This document shows, in pieces, positions 37,547 to 47,635 of a DNA stretch of 64,000 nt (its first letter is position 1; every line of letters begins with the position of its first letter). The position numbers and the translations under genes are program-made. Below the pieces are notes generated by a model that made no database searches, was not told where the DNA came from, and saw nothing but the letters and a program-made list of their open reading frames with translations. The stretch comes from Candidatus Obscuribacterales bacterium (lineage in GTDB: Bacteria; Cyanobacteriota; Vampirovibrionia; Obscuribacterales; Obscuribacteraceae), in NCBI GenBank assembly GCA_965228855.1, contig CBDDIJ010000002.1, positions 1,312,001-1,376,000 of the forward strand. The letters are read 5' to 3'.

Positions 37547-38580
37547 CATCGAGCGCTGAAAAGTCGGATCAGAAGCTGGAATTCGTGAGTGATCAGAAGG
37601 TTGGACCCGTACTGATCATTGGCGGAATGCATAGATCGGGAACATCATTTGTTGCCTCAATGCTTAAGGAAGCTGGTCTGCACGTCGGCGAAAGGCTGAG
37701 CCCAGGCGAGGAAGGAAACACCAAGGGCTTCTTCGAGAATACCGATTTCGTTCATTTGCACGCGCGCATTCTCAAGCACTTTGGTTTTAACGCCTGGAGT
37801 CTTGAGAGTTTTGAAACACTGCCGGATGAGCAGTTGAAGCAGGTTCACGAGGCTGTGAAGGCAAACGCGCAGCCCGGACCGTGGGGGTGGAAGGATCCGA
37901 GAACAACTTTGTTTTTGGAATTTTGGTTGAAAGTTTTTCCTGATGCGAAATTCTTATTCGTCTACCGTGCTCCGTGGGAAGTAGTGGATTCGCTCTTCCG
38001 CCGAGGAGATCAAACTTTTCAAGACGACCCGGTTTTGGCGCTGAAGGTTTGGGATCACTACAACCGTCTTTCTCTCGATTTCTACAATGCTCACCCTGAG
38101 CGCTGTTTGCTCGCGCATGTCGACGCCGTGACCGATGATCCGGCGCCGCTTGTTTCGGCTTTAAACGAGCGTTTCGGTTTGTCGCTGAAAGTTCCGCACT
38201 CGACTTTTGATGAATCGATGCTCGTCAGGGATAAGAAGAAGTCCGGACGCCCTGCACTGATTCGCTCGTGTTTTCCGGAAACATACAAGCTCTGGCTGGC
38301 GCTGGAAGATCAGGCAGATTTGAAACGCAAAGGCGTGCCGCAGGACACGGTCATGCAGACTGTGATTACAGAAACCTCGCCTGAGTTTGCCGAGCAAGTC
38401 TTCAGCGACTGGATGGAAATGCGCAAAGCTCAGCTCGAAGTGAAACGCATGAACAAGACACTGGAAGCCGTTCGCAAAGATCTGGAACAGTCGAACGAGC
38501 ACATCAACTGGATCGAGCAAAGCAGGGTCTGGAAAATTCGAGGTAAGCTCAATGCAATTCGTGAGCTGCTGTCGAAGTAG
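37543..38580 (+). CDS. Sulfotransferase-family protein with C-terminal coiled coil (paralog of 32158-33150)
   Basis: GGMHRSGTS, KGFFEN, WGWKDPRTTLFL, RAPWEVVDS; ATGA overlap with the methyltransferase. Confidence 0.85.
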   Translation: MTSSAEKSDQKLEFVSDQKVGPVLIIGGMHRSGTSFVASMLKEAGLHVGERLSPGEEGNTKGFFENTDFVHLHARILKHFGFNAWSLESFETLPDEQLKQVHEAVKANAQPGPWGWKDPRTTLFLEFWLKVFPDAKFLFVYRAPWEVVDSLFRRGDQTFQDDPVLALKVWDHYNRLSLDFYNAHPERCLLAHVDAVTDDPAPLVSALNERFGLSLKVPHSTFDESMLVRDKKKSGRPALIRSCFPETYKLWLALEDQADLKRKGVPQDTVMQTVITETSPEFAEQVFSDWMEMRKAQLEVKRMNKTLEAVRKDLEQSNEHINWIEQSRVWKIRGKLNAIRELLSK

Positions 38581-38655
38581 AGTCCATGCCGTTCTTGGTG
38601 AACGGGAGCGTGGAGCAGCAAAAGGTTAGACACGTTCGAAAAGGCAAATCAACCG

Positions 38656-40128
38656 ATGAGCAACGAAGATGTACGCGTAATATGTTTCTACCTTCCGCAG
38701 TTTCATCCGATTCCGGAAAACGACGCGGCGTGGGGCAAAGGCTACACTGAGTGGCGACGAGTTGTTCAGGCTCGCCCGCATTTCGCGGACCATTATCAAC
38801 CTAGAATTTCAGCCGATTTAGGTTTCTACGATCTTCGTTTAGAAGAAACGCAAATCGCGCAGGCGGAGCTGGCTAAACAGTACGGTGTCGCAGGTTTCTG
38901 TTACTACTATTTCTCGCTTGGTGGCGGTCGGAAACTGTTGGAGCGCCCTATCAATCAGATGTTCGCTAATAAGAAACCAGATTATCCATTTTGCGTGGCA
39001 TGGGCTAACCATCACTGGCGCGCCAATTGGATCGGTAGCGCTGAAGCGATCGCGATGCAAACTTATTCGGAAGAAGATGCTCGCGATTTGATTGATGATT
39101 TGATTCCGATGTTTAAAGACGACCGATACATCAAGGTCGATGGTAAGCCGCTCTTCGTGGTCTATGACACTCGTGCGCTGCCCGACCCGCTCAAGTATTC
39201 CGAGATTTATCGTTCTCGCGCGAAGGCTGCCGGTCTCGATGACCTGTATTTGTGCCGGATGGAGAAGGAAGCAGTTCTCGATCCGAAATCTATCGGCTTC
39301 GATGCTTCAATCGAATTTCCTCCAAGTGGCGTTCGCTCCGTAACTCTAGATGTGGAACCGCTCGATACTACTAGCGGTTTCAAGGGGCGCGTAAATGACT
39401 ACGAGCAAACTGCCTTCTATGCAATCAATCGCGCGGATATCGGTTTTGATCTGATTCGCGGTGTGATGCCGTCGTGGGATAACACCGCGCGTCGCCCCGC
39501 CGATGATGCCACCATATTTCACAACGCTTCGCCGGAAGCCTACGAAAGCTGGCTTGCAGAGGCTGTTGACTGGACTAAGAAAAATCGCAAGGGCGAGGAG
39601 CGCCTTGTGTTTGTTAACGCGTGGAACGAGTGGGGAGAGTCTGCGTATTTGGAACCAGACCTCCGGCATGGGCATAAATACCTGGAAGCGACGCAACGGG
39701 TTTTAAAAGGACAGAGTGGAGATCGTTTTAAATCGATCAGCAACGCGTCCTATGAGTTAAATAAGACAGAACTAAGACACTTATCCGGCAAAACATTACA
39801 GCCTTCTAAGAAAATTGTCGGTTCAATAGATCAGATTGAAAAACGTGACGACAAAATTTGTATCTCCGGCTGGGGATGTGACCAGGAAGCTGCCAGTGAG
39901 CCTTTACACGTTTTGATATTTGAAGATTCAAAACCGATTACGGTCGATCGAACATTTGTATATCGTCCGGATGTGGCCAAGTCGGTTGCGCCGTGCGCCA
40001 CCAGAGCGGGTTTCTACGTCGAGTTCAAGCTTTCCATGCTGTCGCGCCCAGACTGCGCCAACCTTAAGGTGGTTTTGGTTTCGCCTCCTGGGAAGTTCGC
40101 GCTGCTGCCTGTTCCGGCGAAGGTCTAA
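38656..40128 (+). CDS. WbsX-family (GH99-like domain) glycan biosynthesis protein with an extra C-terminal domain
   Basis: FYLPQFHPIPEND, WGKGYTEW, LGFYDLR, PSWDNTAR, NAWNEWGESAYLEPD. Confidence 0.9.
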   Translation: MSNEDVRVICFYLPQFHPIPENDAAWGKGYTEWRRVVQARPHFADHYQPRISADLGFYDLRLEETQIAQAELAKQYGVAGFCYYYFSLGGGRKLLERPINQMFANKKPDYPFCVAWANHHWRANWIGSAEAIAMQTYSEEDARDLIDDLIPMFKDDRYIKVDGKPLFVVYDTRALPDPLKYSEIYRSRAKAAGLDDLYLCRMEKEAVLDPKSIGFDASIEFPPSGVRSVTLDVEPLDTTSGFKGRVNDYEQTAFYAINRADIGFDLIRGVMPSWDNTARRPADDATIFHNASPEAYESWLAEAVDWTKKNRKGEERLVFVNAWNEWGESAYLEPDLRHGHKYLEATQRVLKGQSGDRFKSISNASYELNKTELRHLSGKTLQPSKKIVGSIDQIEKRDDKICISGWGCDQEAASEPLHVLIFEDSKPITVDRTFVYRPDVAKSVAPCATRAGFYVEFKLSMLSRPDCANLKVVLVSPPGKFALLPVPAKV

Positions 40129-40229
40129 ATGTTGTTAATTGTTGAGCCCGTCGTACTTTGCACTATTTTCATGCAGTGCCCCGGGCGTGCGTGATAGCAT
40201 CTTGGAATCTCGAGGACCTTGTCTCACTT

Positions 40230-41123
40230 ATGTTAGAACTGGCAACACCTGATACCCAAAATAGCGAAAAGCTCGCGCCACCACCAGAGGTGCGCGTCGT
40301 GACGGAAACCGTTGCGGAGCGTGGAAGCACCCTCAAAGGTTTTTTGAACCTGTGGAACCACCGCCACCTGGTGGCGCTCATGGTGCAACGCGATTTCCAG
40401 GGACGCTACAAAGGCTCCTTGCTGGGCGCATTGTGGCCGCTGCTCAATCCGGCTGGACACATGGTCATCTATACGTTCTTGTTCAGCGTAGTGCTGCAAG
40501 TTCGTTTCAACACCAATGGTGGCACCGGTGATTTCGCGCTGTATCTGATGTCCGGCTTCTTGCCCTGGACCGCGATGTCTGAAGCGGTTTCACACGCTAC
40601 GACGAAGATTCTGGAACTTCCCAACCTGGTCAAGCGATGCGTATTTCCACTTGAGACTCTTCCTCTCATCGTCGCAATTTCGAGTTTCCTCACCGGCTCC
40701 ATCGCGGTCGCACTACTAATTGTGTTTGCTGCGTTTCGCCAGGGCGGAGTCTCAAGCACAGTCTGTTTGGTTCCATTGATTGTTGTGCCACACTTCCTGT
40801 TCACCTGTGGTCTATCCTGGCTGTTCGCAAGTCTCGGCGTGTTCGTTCGTGATTGCCGTCACTTCATCTCGCTCGGTCTTTCCGCGTGGATGTACATGAC
40901 GCCTATCTTGTATCCGCCCGAGCGCATGCCCGAGCACCTGAAGTTTCTCCTCTATATCAATCCAATGGCAGGAATCATCACTGATTACCGCCACGTGATT
41001 CTCGAGAACAAGATGCCTAACTGGGAGTGGTACGGCATCTATACCGCGCTATCCATCGTGGTTTGCTATCTCGGTTTCAGCTTCTTCTACAAGACTAAAC
41101 ACGGCTTCGCGGATATCGTCTAA
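40230..41123 (+). CDS. wzm: Polysaccharide ABC exporter permease (Wzm/RfbA-like)
   Basis: RYKGSLLGALWPLLNP, LGVFVRD, TPILYP, INPM. Confidence 0.92.
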   Translation: MLELATPDTQNSEKLAPPPEVRVVTETVAERGSTLKGFLNLWNHRHLVALMVQRDFQGRYKGSLLGALWPLLNPAGHMVIYTFLFSVVLQVRFNTNGGTGDFALYLMSGFLPWTAMSEAVSHATTKILELPNLVKRCVFPLETLPLIVAISSFLTGSIAVALLIVFAAFRQGGVSSTVCLVPLIVVPHFLFTCGLSWLFASLGVFVRDCRHFISLGLSAWMYMTPILYPPERMPEHLKFLLYINPMAGIITDYRHVILENKMPNWEWYGIYTALSIVVCYLGFSFFYKTKHGFADIV

Positions 41124-41905
41124 TGAGCAAAGATTTTTTTCCAATCGAACTCGAGAACATCTCGAAGAGATACAACATCTACGATCGGCCGATCGACCGA
41201 TTGAAAGAATTTGTGCAACGCAATAAGAGCTACCACAGAGAATTCTGGGCGCTGAAAAACATCAATTTTCAGTTCAAGCAAGAAACAACAGTGTTGCTTG
41301 GAAGAAACGGAAGCGGTAAGTCCACGCTACTTCGCGTGATTGCTAACGTTCTACAACCCACCAGCGGCAAGGTTACATGCCGGGGTCGTGTCACCGCGAT
41401 TCTCGAACTTGGTGCCGGCTTCCAGCCAGAGTATACGGGCCGCGAAAACGCCCTGCTTAACGGGATGTTGCTTGGTATCGAGAAAAAAGAAATGCTCGGG
41501 CTGCTCGATGAAATAGCTGAATTCGCTGAGATTGGCGAATTCTTCGATCAGCCAATTTCAACTTATTCAAGCGGTATGGTCGTGAGACTTGCCTTCGCCT
41601 GCGCTACCAACGTCGATCCCGACATTCTCATTGTTGACGAAGCATTGGCTGTCGGCGACATTCGTTTCGAAAAGAAATGCCGTAGAAGAATGGAAAACCT
41701 TCGCGCTGCAGGGAAGACGATTCTGTTTGTTTCTCACAACATGGGCATGGTCAAATACTTCTGCGATACCGCGGTATTGTTGAATAACGGTGAGATCGTG
41801 GCTACTGGTCCGGTTCTCGATATCGTTCCGCAATACGAAGAAATCATGGAATCGGAAGAAGGTTTCGGCGCGAAACGCGCGTTTGAAGTGCCTAGTTTGG
41901 TTTAG
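41123..41905 (+). CDS. wzt: Polysaccharide ABC exporter ATPase (Wzt/RfbB-like), no C-terminal carbohydrate-binding module
   Basis: FWALKNI, GRNGSGKST, TYSSGMVVRLAFA, DEALAVGD; only 260 aa. Confidence 0.92.
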   Translation: MSKDFFPIELENISKRYNIYDRPIDRLKEFVQRNKSYHREFWALKNINFQFKQETTVLLGRNGSGKSTLLRVIANVLQPTSGKVTCRGRVTAILELGAGFQPEYTGRENALLNGMLLGIEKKEMLGLLDEIAEFAEIGEFFDQPISTYSSGMVVRLAFACATNVDPDILIVDEALAVGDIRFEKKCRRRMENLRAAGKTILFVSHNMGMVKYFCDTAVLLNNGEIVATGPVLDIVPQYEEIMESEEGFGAKRAFEVPSLV

Positions 41906-41954
41906 AGTGGCTCCACAAAGCCATTAAGACAGACGAAACTGATCTGAACTTAGG

Positions 41955-42176
41955 TCAACTTTGCGGCTTCGCAGAGCGATAGGCTTGCATTCGTTGCTCG
42001 TCATCGGCGTGCCACGGGCGCTTTGCTGGTTTGCCTGACGCCTTGGCCATTGACTGATTCACCATCTGTAGGCGAACCAAATCGACGAGTTTCTTGTCAA
42101 ACGACTCATTAGCTCGTTTCTTGCGAAACTTGGCTTTAGCGCTAATAATTTTGGGGCTTATCTCGTCACTCATCAT
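41955..42176 (-). CDS. Small basic hypothetical protein
   Basis: 73 aa; KAKFRKKRANESFDKKLVDLVRLQ; start overlaps the upstream remnant. Confidence 0.5.
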   Translation of the reverse strand: MMSDEISPKIISAKAKFRKKRANESFDKKLVDLVRLQMVNQSMAKASGKPAKRPWHADDEQRMQAYRSAKPQS

Positions 42177-42316
42177 CTAGCTTCCGTTTCCATGCTTTAA
42201 GCACCTATGGTGGGCTTTTTGATGATGCCCTCGGTCTCCAACTGATTGATGATGCGGAGCGCTGGAGCCAATACTGGCAGGTCGTCTACGGAATGTTTGT
42301 GAGGTTCGGGGTCCAT
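42166..42316 (-). pseudogene. Probable internally deleted nucleotidyltransferase-like gene
   Basis: 39-aa ORF MDPEPHKHSVDDLPVLAPALRIINQLETEGIIKKPTIGA* (42316-42197) abuts a frame-shifted tail LKAWKRKLDDE* whose end overlaps the next ATG. Confidence 0.45.
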
Positions 42317-42554
42317 TTTCCGAATTTCATTTCGCTCTGACTAAAGGATACTCTAGCATTGCTGTCTAATGTTCATCTTAGCTGGAAAATAGCGGTAATT
42401 GTCTAGAAATCTCCTAAACAGCTTTTCGGTTGGAACTTTACCAATTGTGGTCCTGGCTATCTGTCGGGGCCACTAGCCGTTCAACCTCTTGCTCAGAAGT
42501 GTTAATTCGTTCTTCGCTGATAAGACTTCCCATCCGATCCAAGGGGCGAGACGT

Positions 42555-43268
42555 CTACTTTATTAGCGGCTTCTTGAAACTGTAGTCCAGAAGCGAAGAT
42601 TCGCTCTCCAGCGGTCCGGACTTTGCGGCGGTTTTAACCAAGCCTATCCAGGGAGCGTACCAGTAGGTCATGTTGATTGGCTGTCCGCCTTGTGTTCCAG
42701 TGACCGAGACTTTCATCGCTGAAAACTTTCCGGCTGGAGTAACGACCTCTTCCGGACCTGAAACGACTGATGTATTGTCAATCTCGACGCCCATGTTGCC
42801 TTTGCCTTTGAAAGGCCAGGTATCGTCTTTCTTCGGTGGATTGGTCAGCAGCACGCGTTCCGGATCGTACTGAACCAGCATGGTCGCCTCGTCCCCGAAT
42901 TGCTCTTTGAACCAAACGACCTTGCCTTTTTGTTTGATGTACCACTCGTGAATGGTCTTCGTCATCGACGGGCTCGTCGTGTCAATCTTCCAGTGGACGG
43001 ATTGATCTGGCTGTTTCTCTTCGGCAACGACTTGCAGTTTGAAATCGTCGGGTTTCTTTTCGATTGGGTTGCCGTTCAGTTTGTAAGTCGTGTAGGTGTA
43101 CTTCCACCACCAATCGATTTTGTTTCCTTTTGCGTCGTAGAGGCGAACTGGAAAGTAGTCCGGCGGTGGCGGTTCTTTCTTCGGCGCTGCTTTGGTCGCG
43201 GCGTCCGCGGCGCCGAGAGTTGAGAGAAGGGCGAGTGTACCGACTGAAAGGAGAAGGTTTTTGATCAT
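42555..43268 (-). CDS. Secreted beta-rich hypothetical protein (DUF3108-like, tentative)
   Basis: Signal peptide; DYFP, EEVVTPAGKF, YWYAPWIGLVK. Confidence 0.65.
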   Translation of the reverse strand: MIKNLLLSVGTLALLSTLGAADAATKAAPKKEPPPPDYFPVRLYDAKGNKIDWWWKYTYTTYKLNGNPIEKKPDDFKLQVVAEEKQPDQSVHWKIDTTSPSMTKTIHEWYIKQKGKVVWFKEQFGDEATMLVQYDPERVLLTNPPKKDDTWPFKGKGNMGVEIDNTSVVSGPEEVVTPAGKFSAMKVSVTGTQGGQPINMTYWYAPWIGLVKTAAKSGPLESESSLLDYSFKKPLIK

Positions 43269-43709
43269 TACGACGCCACCTGAATTGAAAACACCGGATG
43301 TAATTTTAGAGCTTGGCGAAACAGGATGACCAGCGGAGGAGATTAATAAACGCTCCGCGTTAAAAAGGGAGCCAAGCTGAGCGTTTCATATGATGGCTTT
43401 TGAACGCTGAGGGTGTACGATGAGGATGTGTAATTTATGGTCAATTAGCATGAGTGATCTATCCAAGTTTAGAGGAAATCTGCGGCTGAGCTATCTAGAG
43501 TTTTTGGGGATGATTCCAATTATTGACTCTAAGTCTCCAAGTCGATCCGTCAACTCATGCGCACTACTGGGCTCCGTTCATAGCAATGGTGACTTAGACG
43601 CTACCAGTAGTGAATTGGCGATAGAGTTTGACGATGCAATCAATGAAAGCGCGAACTTGCTTCTGAGTAGCTAAAGCTTGCGAACAACATTGAAACTAAA
43701 ACCTCGGAT

Positions 43710-44957
43710 TTAGCCATGACTTGCGATTGGAACGGCAGGTTCTAGAGGGGTTTCGTTGCCGTAATGGAAAGCGTCGAGACCAATTTGTTGCTCTTCTTCG
43801 GTCACAGTGAAGTGGAAGATTTTATCGACGACCTTCGCAATCACATAGGTGGAGACGAATGTGAAGGCCCCAACTGCCGCAACAGTCACCAACTGGGCGT
43901 AGAGAAGACTCCAGTTTCCATGAATCGCGCCGTCTACACCGGCCGGGTTCACTGATTTGCTGGCGAAAATTCCGGTGGCGACTGCGCCCCAGGCACCGCC
44001 CATACCGTGGCAGGCACCTACATCTAGAGGATCTTGTATCTTCAGTTTTCCGGCCAGTTTAATTGACGAATAGGAAACAAACGCTCCTATTACACCAATG
44101 ATTATCGAAGATGGGATGTCGACGAAGCCGCATGCCGGCGTGATTGCAATCAATCCAACGACGGCTCCGGTTGCGGCGCCGACTGCTCCAGGTTCACCAT
44201 CCATGGTGCTCAAAACCATCCAGGTCAATGCGGCGGCCGCTGCGGCGAGGTTGGTGGTGACCAGTGCTTGAGCCGCGATGCCGTTTGCAGCAAGTGCGCT
44301 TCCACCATTGAAACCGAACCATCCGAACCAGAGTAAGACGGCGCCAAATAGTGTGAGGGGAACGCTAACCGGCATGAATCGACCGTCTACGGCTCTAGGT
44401 TTCTTTCTCAGAGCTAAACAAATTGCCAGTGCCGCGACACCTGATGTGATGTGAACAACCGTCCCACCCGCGAAGTCGATCGAACCAATCGCGCGCAACC
44501 AGCCGCCTTCGCCCCATACCCAGTGAGCTACCGGATCGTAAACGAGTGTAGTCCAAATCAAAGCAAAGACAATGAATGCGCTGAATCGAACTCGATCAAC
44601 AAAAACTCCCGTTATAAGAGCCGGAGTGATGATCGCGAACTTCATCTGGAAAAGCATGAAGGCAAGGTGCGGAATGTTCGACGCATATGTGCCGGCTGCC
44701 TGTCCGACTCCGGATAACGCGAACCACTGTAGCCCGCCGATAAAGTGTCCGATGTCGGGACCGAATGACAGTGAGTAACCGACGAGAACCCACTGAACAG
44801 TGACTACTAGCAAGGCTGCGAAACTCAGCATGATTGTCGACAGCAAGTTCTTCCGTTCGACCATGCCACCATAAAACAACCCGATCGCTGGCGTCATAAG
44901 CATCACCAGGGATGAGGAAACGAGTACCCAAGCCGTGTCGCCAGCGTTCAAATTCAT
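43710..44957 (-). CDS. amtB: Ammonium transporter
   Basis: GDTAWVL, FQMKFAIITPAL, DFAGGTVVH, WFGWFGFNGGS, second conserved His in ACHG, EEQQIGLD. Confidence 0.96.
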   Translation of the reverse strand: MNLNAGDTAWVLVSSSLVMLMTPAIGLFYGGMVERKNLLSTIMLSFAALLVVTVQWVLVGYSLSFGPDIGHFIGGLQWFALSGVGQAAGTYASNIPHLAFMLFQMKFAIITPALITGVFVDRVRFSAFIVFALIWTTLVYDPVAHWVWGEGGWLRAIGSIDFAGGTVVHITSGVAALAICLALRKKPRAVDGRFMPVSVPLTLFGAVLLWFGWFGFNGGSALAANGIAAQALVTTNLAAAAAALTWMVLSTMDGEPGAVGAATGAVVGLIAITPACGFVDIPSSIIIGVIGAFVSYSSIKLAGKLKIQDPLDVGACHGMGGAWGAVATGIFASKSVNPAGVDGAIHGNWSLLYAQLVTVAAVGAFTFVSTYVIAKVVDKIFHFTVTEEEQQIGLDAFHYGNETPLEPAVPIASHG

Positions 44958-45104
44958 TACTGATCTCCAAAAAGGACAAAACCCCGGGACTGGAATGACG
45001 TCCAGCCGGAGCTGTTTGCGGTTTGAAAGGATATTAGCAGCATCCCGGCCGCATGGGAATCAATTATTAAGGAAACCTTGCGGTGTGTGAATCAAACCAT
45101 CTAT

Positions 45105-46568
45105 TTACTTGTCGTTTTTAGAAACGCCGAGAAGTTGGTTTAAGAAGCCTTTGCGTTTGCCGCTTGATTGTTGGGTCTCTGATGAACTCGTTTCTGAAAC
45201 GGATTCAGTTGGTGCTTTGGATTTGCTTATGAGCTTAACAACGCGAACGTTTAAAACGGGGTTCGCCGGCAGAAGTCCTTTGTGTTCGAACTTCAATAGC
45301 AGCTTGTTGAGGGGACCTTTGAACGTGGGCTCGTTTCCGACGTGAGTTAAACGAAGCACTGTGCAATGTTGTCCTGGGTCATACTGTTTTGAAACTTCTG
45401 AGGTGGTGCTGAAGTTGAAATCAGAAGAACCGCTTGTCCAGCCTGTCGCAAGAGAGCCGCCGAAGTTGCCGGACACCGCAATCCAGAGTTCCAACACCTC
45501 GTCCATTGGGATGTCGTTCATCTTCAGTTCAAGTGCAATTTCTTTGGAACCTGCTCCCGGAGTCAGCTTCAAACCATCTGCTGAGAGGTTGGTGATGGAT
45601 GCACCCTCGAGATTTGCAATTCGGGCTTTCAACGACTCGGAATCGGAGGCTGTGAAATCGATGTTCATACCGCCTGTTGCGCGGGAAGTTTCATATCCCA
45701 TCTCTGTCAGAATGTCGAACAGGATTTCATCGAAGATGTTCAAAACCTCTTGGTCCAGAGGTTCGCGTTTCCACCTCGCGATCGATTGCTCTATGGAACC
45801 CGAGGTGCGGTGGTCCGAGAACGAGTTTTCATCCTTAAGTGGAGAGATTTGCATTCCTGTATGAGAAACCAAATCGGATAGTGTTGATACCGGATTCAGT
45901 GCCAGGTCTTCGTATTTTGTGCAACTGGTTTTACCGCCCAGAGCTTTGAAGACGCGATAGTTTTCAAACCGCTGCAAGAACTTGAATGCAAGCGTGATTG
46001 CATGATCGCGGTCCGAGTCCTGTTGGGTTCTTCCGAATGCCAGATAGCCACGTTTTGAATTGAATTTGTTTGCGGAAATAAACAGGTCTCGCGGGTCTCT
46101 GAACATATAGATCGCGTAGGTATCGATGTACGGAGCCAGGAACGAGGGCAGCCACTCGACGGTTTTCTCACCATAAAATCGCGCGTTTGGTTTTCCAACC
46201 CGCGCTGCCGCCGTGAACTGTTTCCACATCGAAAGTAGAACGTCTCCGCTTTGCGGGATGTTCAGCAGTTTCGCCGCAGATCCAGTTCCTGCATCCTGCT
46301 CGACCGTATTGCGAAGAACGATTGGATTGTTGCCTAGAACGCTTTGATAAGCCGATGCTGTTTGACCGTAATCCGCAAATGTCCAGCCTTGCCATTGCGC
46401 CGCAAAATGAGTGATCAAGCTCAGGTATCTACTTTCGAGTGGATAAACTTGATCGAACACGCAGGTTTGGTCGGTGCCCAAAAGCTGCATGGCGAGCGTC
46501 GAGCCGGAGCGTCCCATTCCGGAGACGAGAATCGGCGTCAGTAACTCTGGTGTTTCTTGAAGTGGCAT
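45105..46568 (-). CDS. Sulfotransferase-family protein with an additional C-terminal beta-rich domain
   Basis: PILVSGMGRSGST, YGEK, FRDPRDLFIS, KYEDLALNP, IARWK. Confidence 0.8.
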   Translation of the reverse strand: MPLQETPELLTPILVSGMGRSGSTLAMQLLGTDQTCVFDQVYPLESRYLSLITHFAAQWQGWTFADYGQTASAYQSVLGNNPIVLRNTVEQDAGTGSAAKLLNIPQSGDVLLSMWKQFTAAARVGKPNARFYGEKTVEWLPSFLAPYIDTYAIYMFRDPRDLFISANKFNSKRGYLAFGRTQQDSDRDHAITLAFKFLQRFENYRVFKALGGKTSCTKYEDLALNPVSTLSDLVSHTGMQISPLKDENSFSDHRTSGSIEQSIARWKREPLDQEVLNIFDEILFDILTEMGYETSRATGGMNIDFTASDSESLKARIANLEGASITNLSADGLKLTPGAGSKEIALELKMNDIPMDEVLELWIAVSGNFGGSLATGWTSGSSDFNFSTTSEVSKQYDPGQHCTVLRLTHVGNEPTFKGPLNKLLLKFEHKGLLPANPVLNVRVVKLISKSKAPTESVSETSSSETQQSSGKRKGFLNQLLGVSKNDK

Positions 46569-46740
46569 AAAGCGCTAACAGACTGCCTTGCGAGGGTTGA
46601 TGACAAGATACGATCCTAACATTAGAGCAGACGGACTTTATGATTGCGGGCTCAGGAACGCGCTTGGGGCGAGCGCGGTCCTGACGAAAGCGGAACGTTC
46701 ACCCGTTTTCGCTCAAAGCTGTTGCACCTGGCATGCCAAG

Positions 46741-46782
46741 AATAAACCCGCCCAGATGGCTTCTGCCAGAATTGGGCGGGTT
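46741..46782 (-). terminator. Intrinsic terminator downstream of the lipoprotein gene
   Basis: Minus strand aacccgccca...tgggcgggtt followed by tattctt. Confidence 0.65.
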
Positions 46783-46843
46783 CCAGTTCACACATTTGAG
46801 TAATCAGACTTCCGGCTGTTTCCAGCGTTGAAACGATTGAAGA

Positions 46844-47497
46844 CTACTCAGATTTTGTCTCTTCTGTTTTGGTTTCTTCGGTCTTAGCTGCGTCATCGCC
46901 TTTAGCCGCGTCGTCGGTCTTGGCTGCATCGTCAGTCTTTGCTGCATCATCGCCAGCGCCGTCTTTCTTCATTTTCGACTTGTCGATGGCAGCAACTTGT
47001 TTGACTTTGTCCGATTTGGGCTCAACTAAGATGAATTCGCCGACGAAGGTTTCACCAGCATCGTATTTCTCGATGCCGACGTCGGTGTTCTTCGCGTCAT
47101 CAGCTCTCAAGGTGGGCTCGCTAGCTGCCGTGGGAAGCATTTTCTTAAGCGTATCGAGTGCTTGTTCTTTGGTGATCGGCTCTACATAGATCGCTTCTAG
47201 TCTGAAGCAGTTGCCGTCTTTGCATTGAGCTGAGAACTGACCGCCCTTGCTGTCTTTGGTGCGGCTCAAGTAAACATTTCTGCCGCCTGCTTTTGCTGCG
47301 GGTGCTTCGTCGAGTACGAATGTCAGAACAGCATCTTTGATGATGCTCTCCGGAACTCCGACTTTGAGGCCTTCGACGTTGACGGTACCTTGTTTTTGAA
47401 CTCCGGTACCCTCTCCGCCACCGCAGCTCTGCGGTAACAAACAAGTGAGTGCCAGTGCTAGGTACAACATCGGACGGCCAATGCGTGCAGGTATCAT
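46844..47497 (-). CDS. Probable lipoprotein with repetitive C-terminal tail
   Basis: Hydrophobic leader ending PQSC-GGG; DDAAK repeats. Confidence 0.7.
   Translation of the reverse strand: MIPARIGRPMLYLALALTCLLPQSCGGGEGTGVQKQGTVNVEGLKVGVPESIIKDAVLTFVLDEAPAAKAGGRNVYLSRTKDSKGGQFSAQCKDGNCFRLEAIYVEPITKEQALDTLKKMLPTAASEPTLRADDAKNTDVGIEKYDAGETFVGEFILVEPKSDKVKQVAAIDKSKMKKDGAGDDAAKTDDAAKTDDAAKGDDAAKTEETKTEETKSE
46850..46951 (-). repeat. Coding tandem repeats DDAAK(T/G) x4 (18 nt) and EETK(T/S) x2 (15 nt)
   Basis: DDAAKT DDAAKT DDAAKG DDAAKT EETKT EETKS. Confidence 0.85.
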
Positions 47498-47635
47498 TGC
47501 AAATCTCCATTCTCTAGTAACCGGAGGGCAGTTTAGCGCACAGAATGCTCCTGCTGCAAGGTAATATCGGAAGGTAACTTAAGTCTATTTAACGGCTTGG
47601 AATGCTGAGATCGAGTGATTTCATCTGCGCGGATT

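Noticed and set aside
43420..43674. 84-aa + strand ORF between the secreted protein and amt
   Set aside because: No recognisable motif; it could be real but is not supportable from sequence alone
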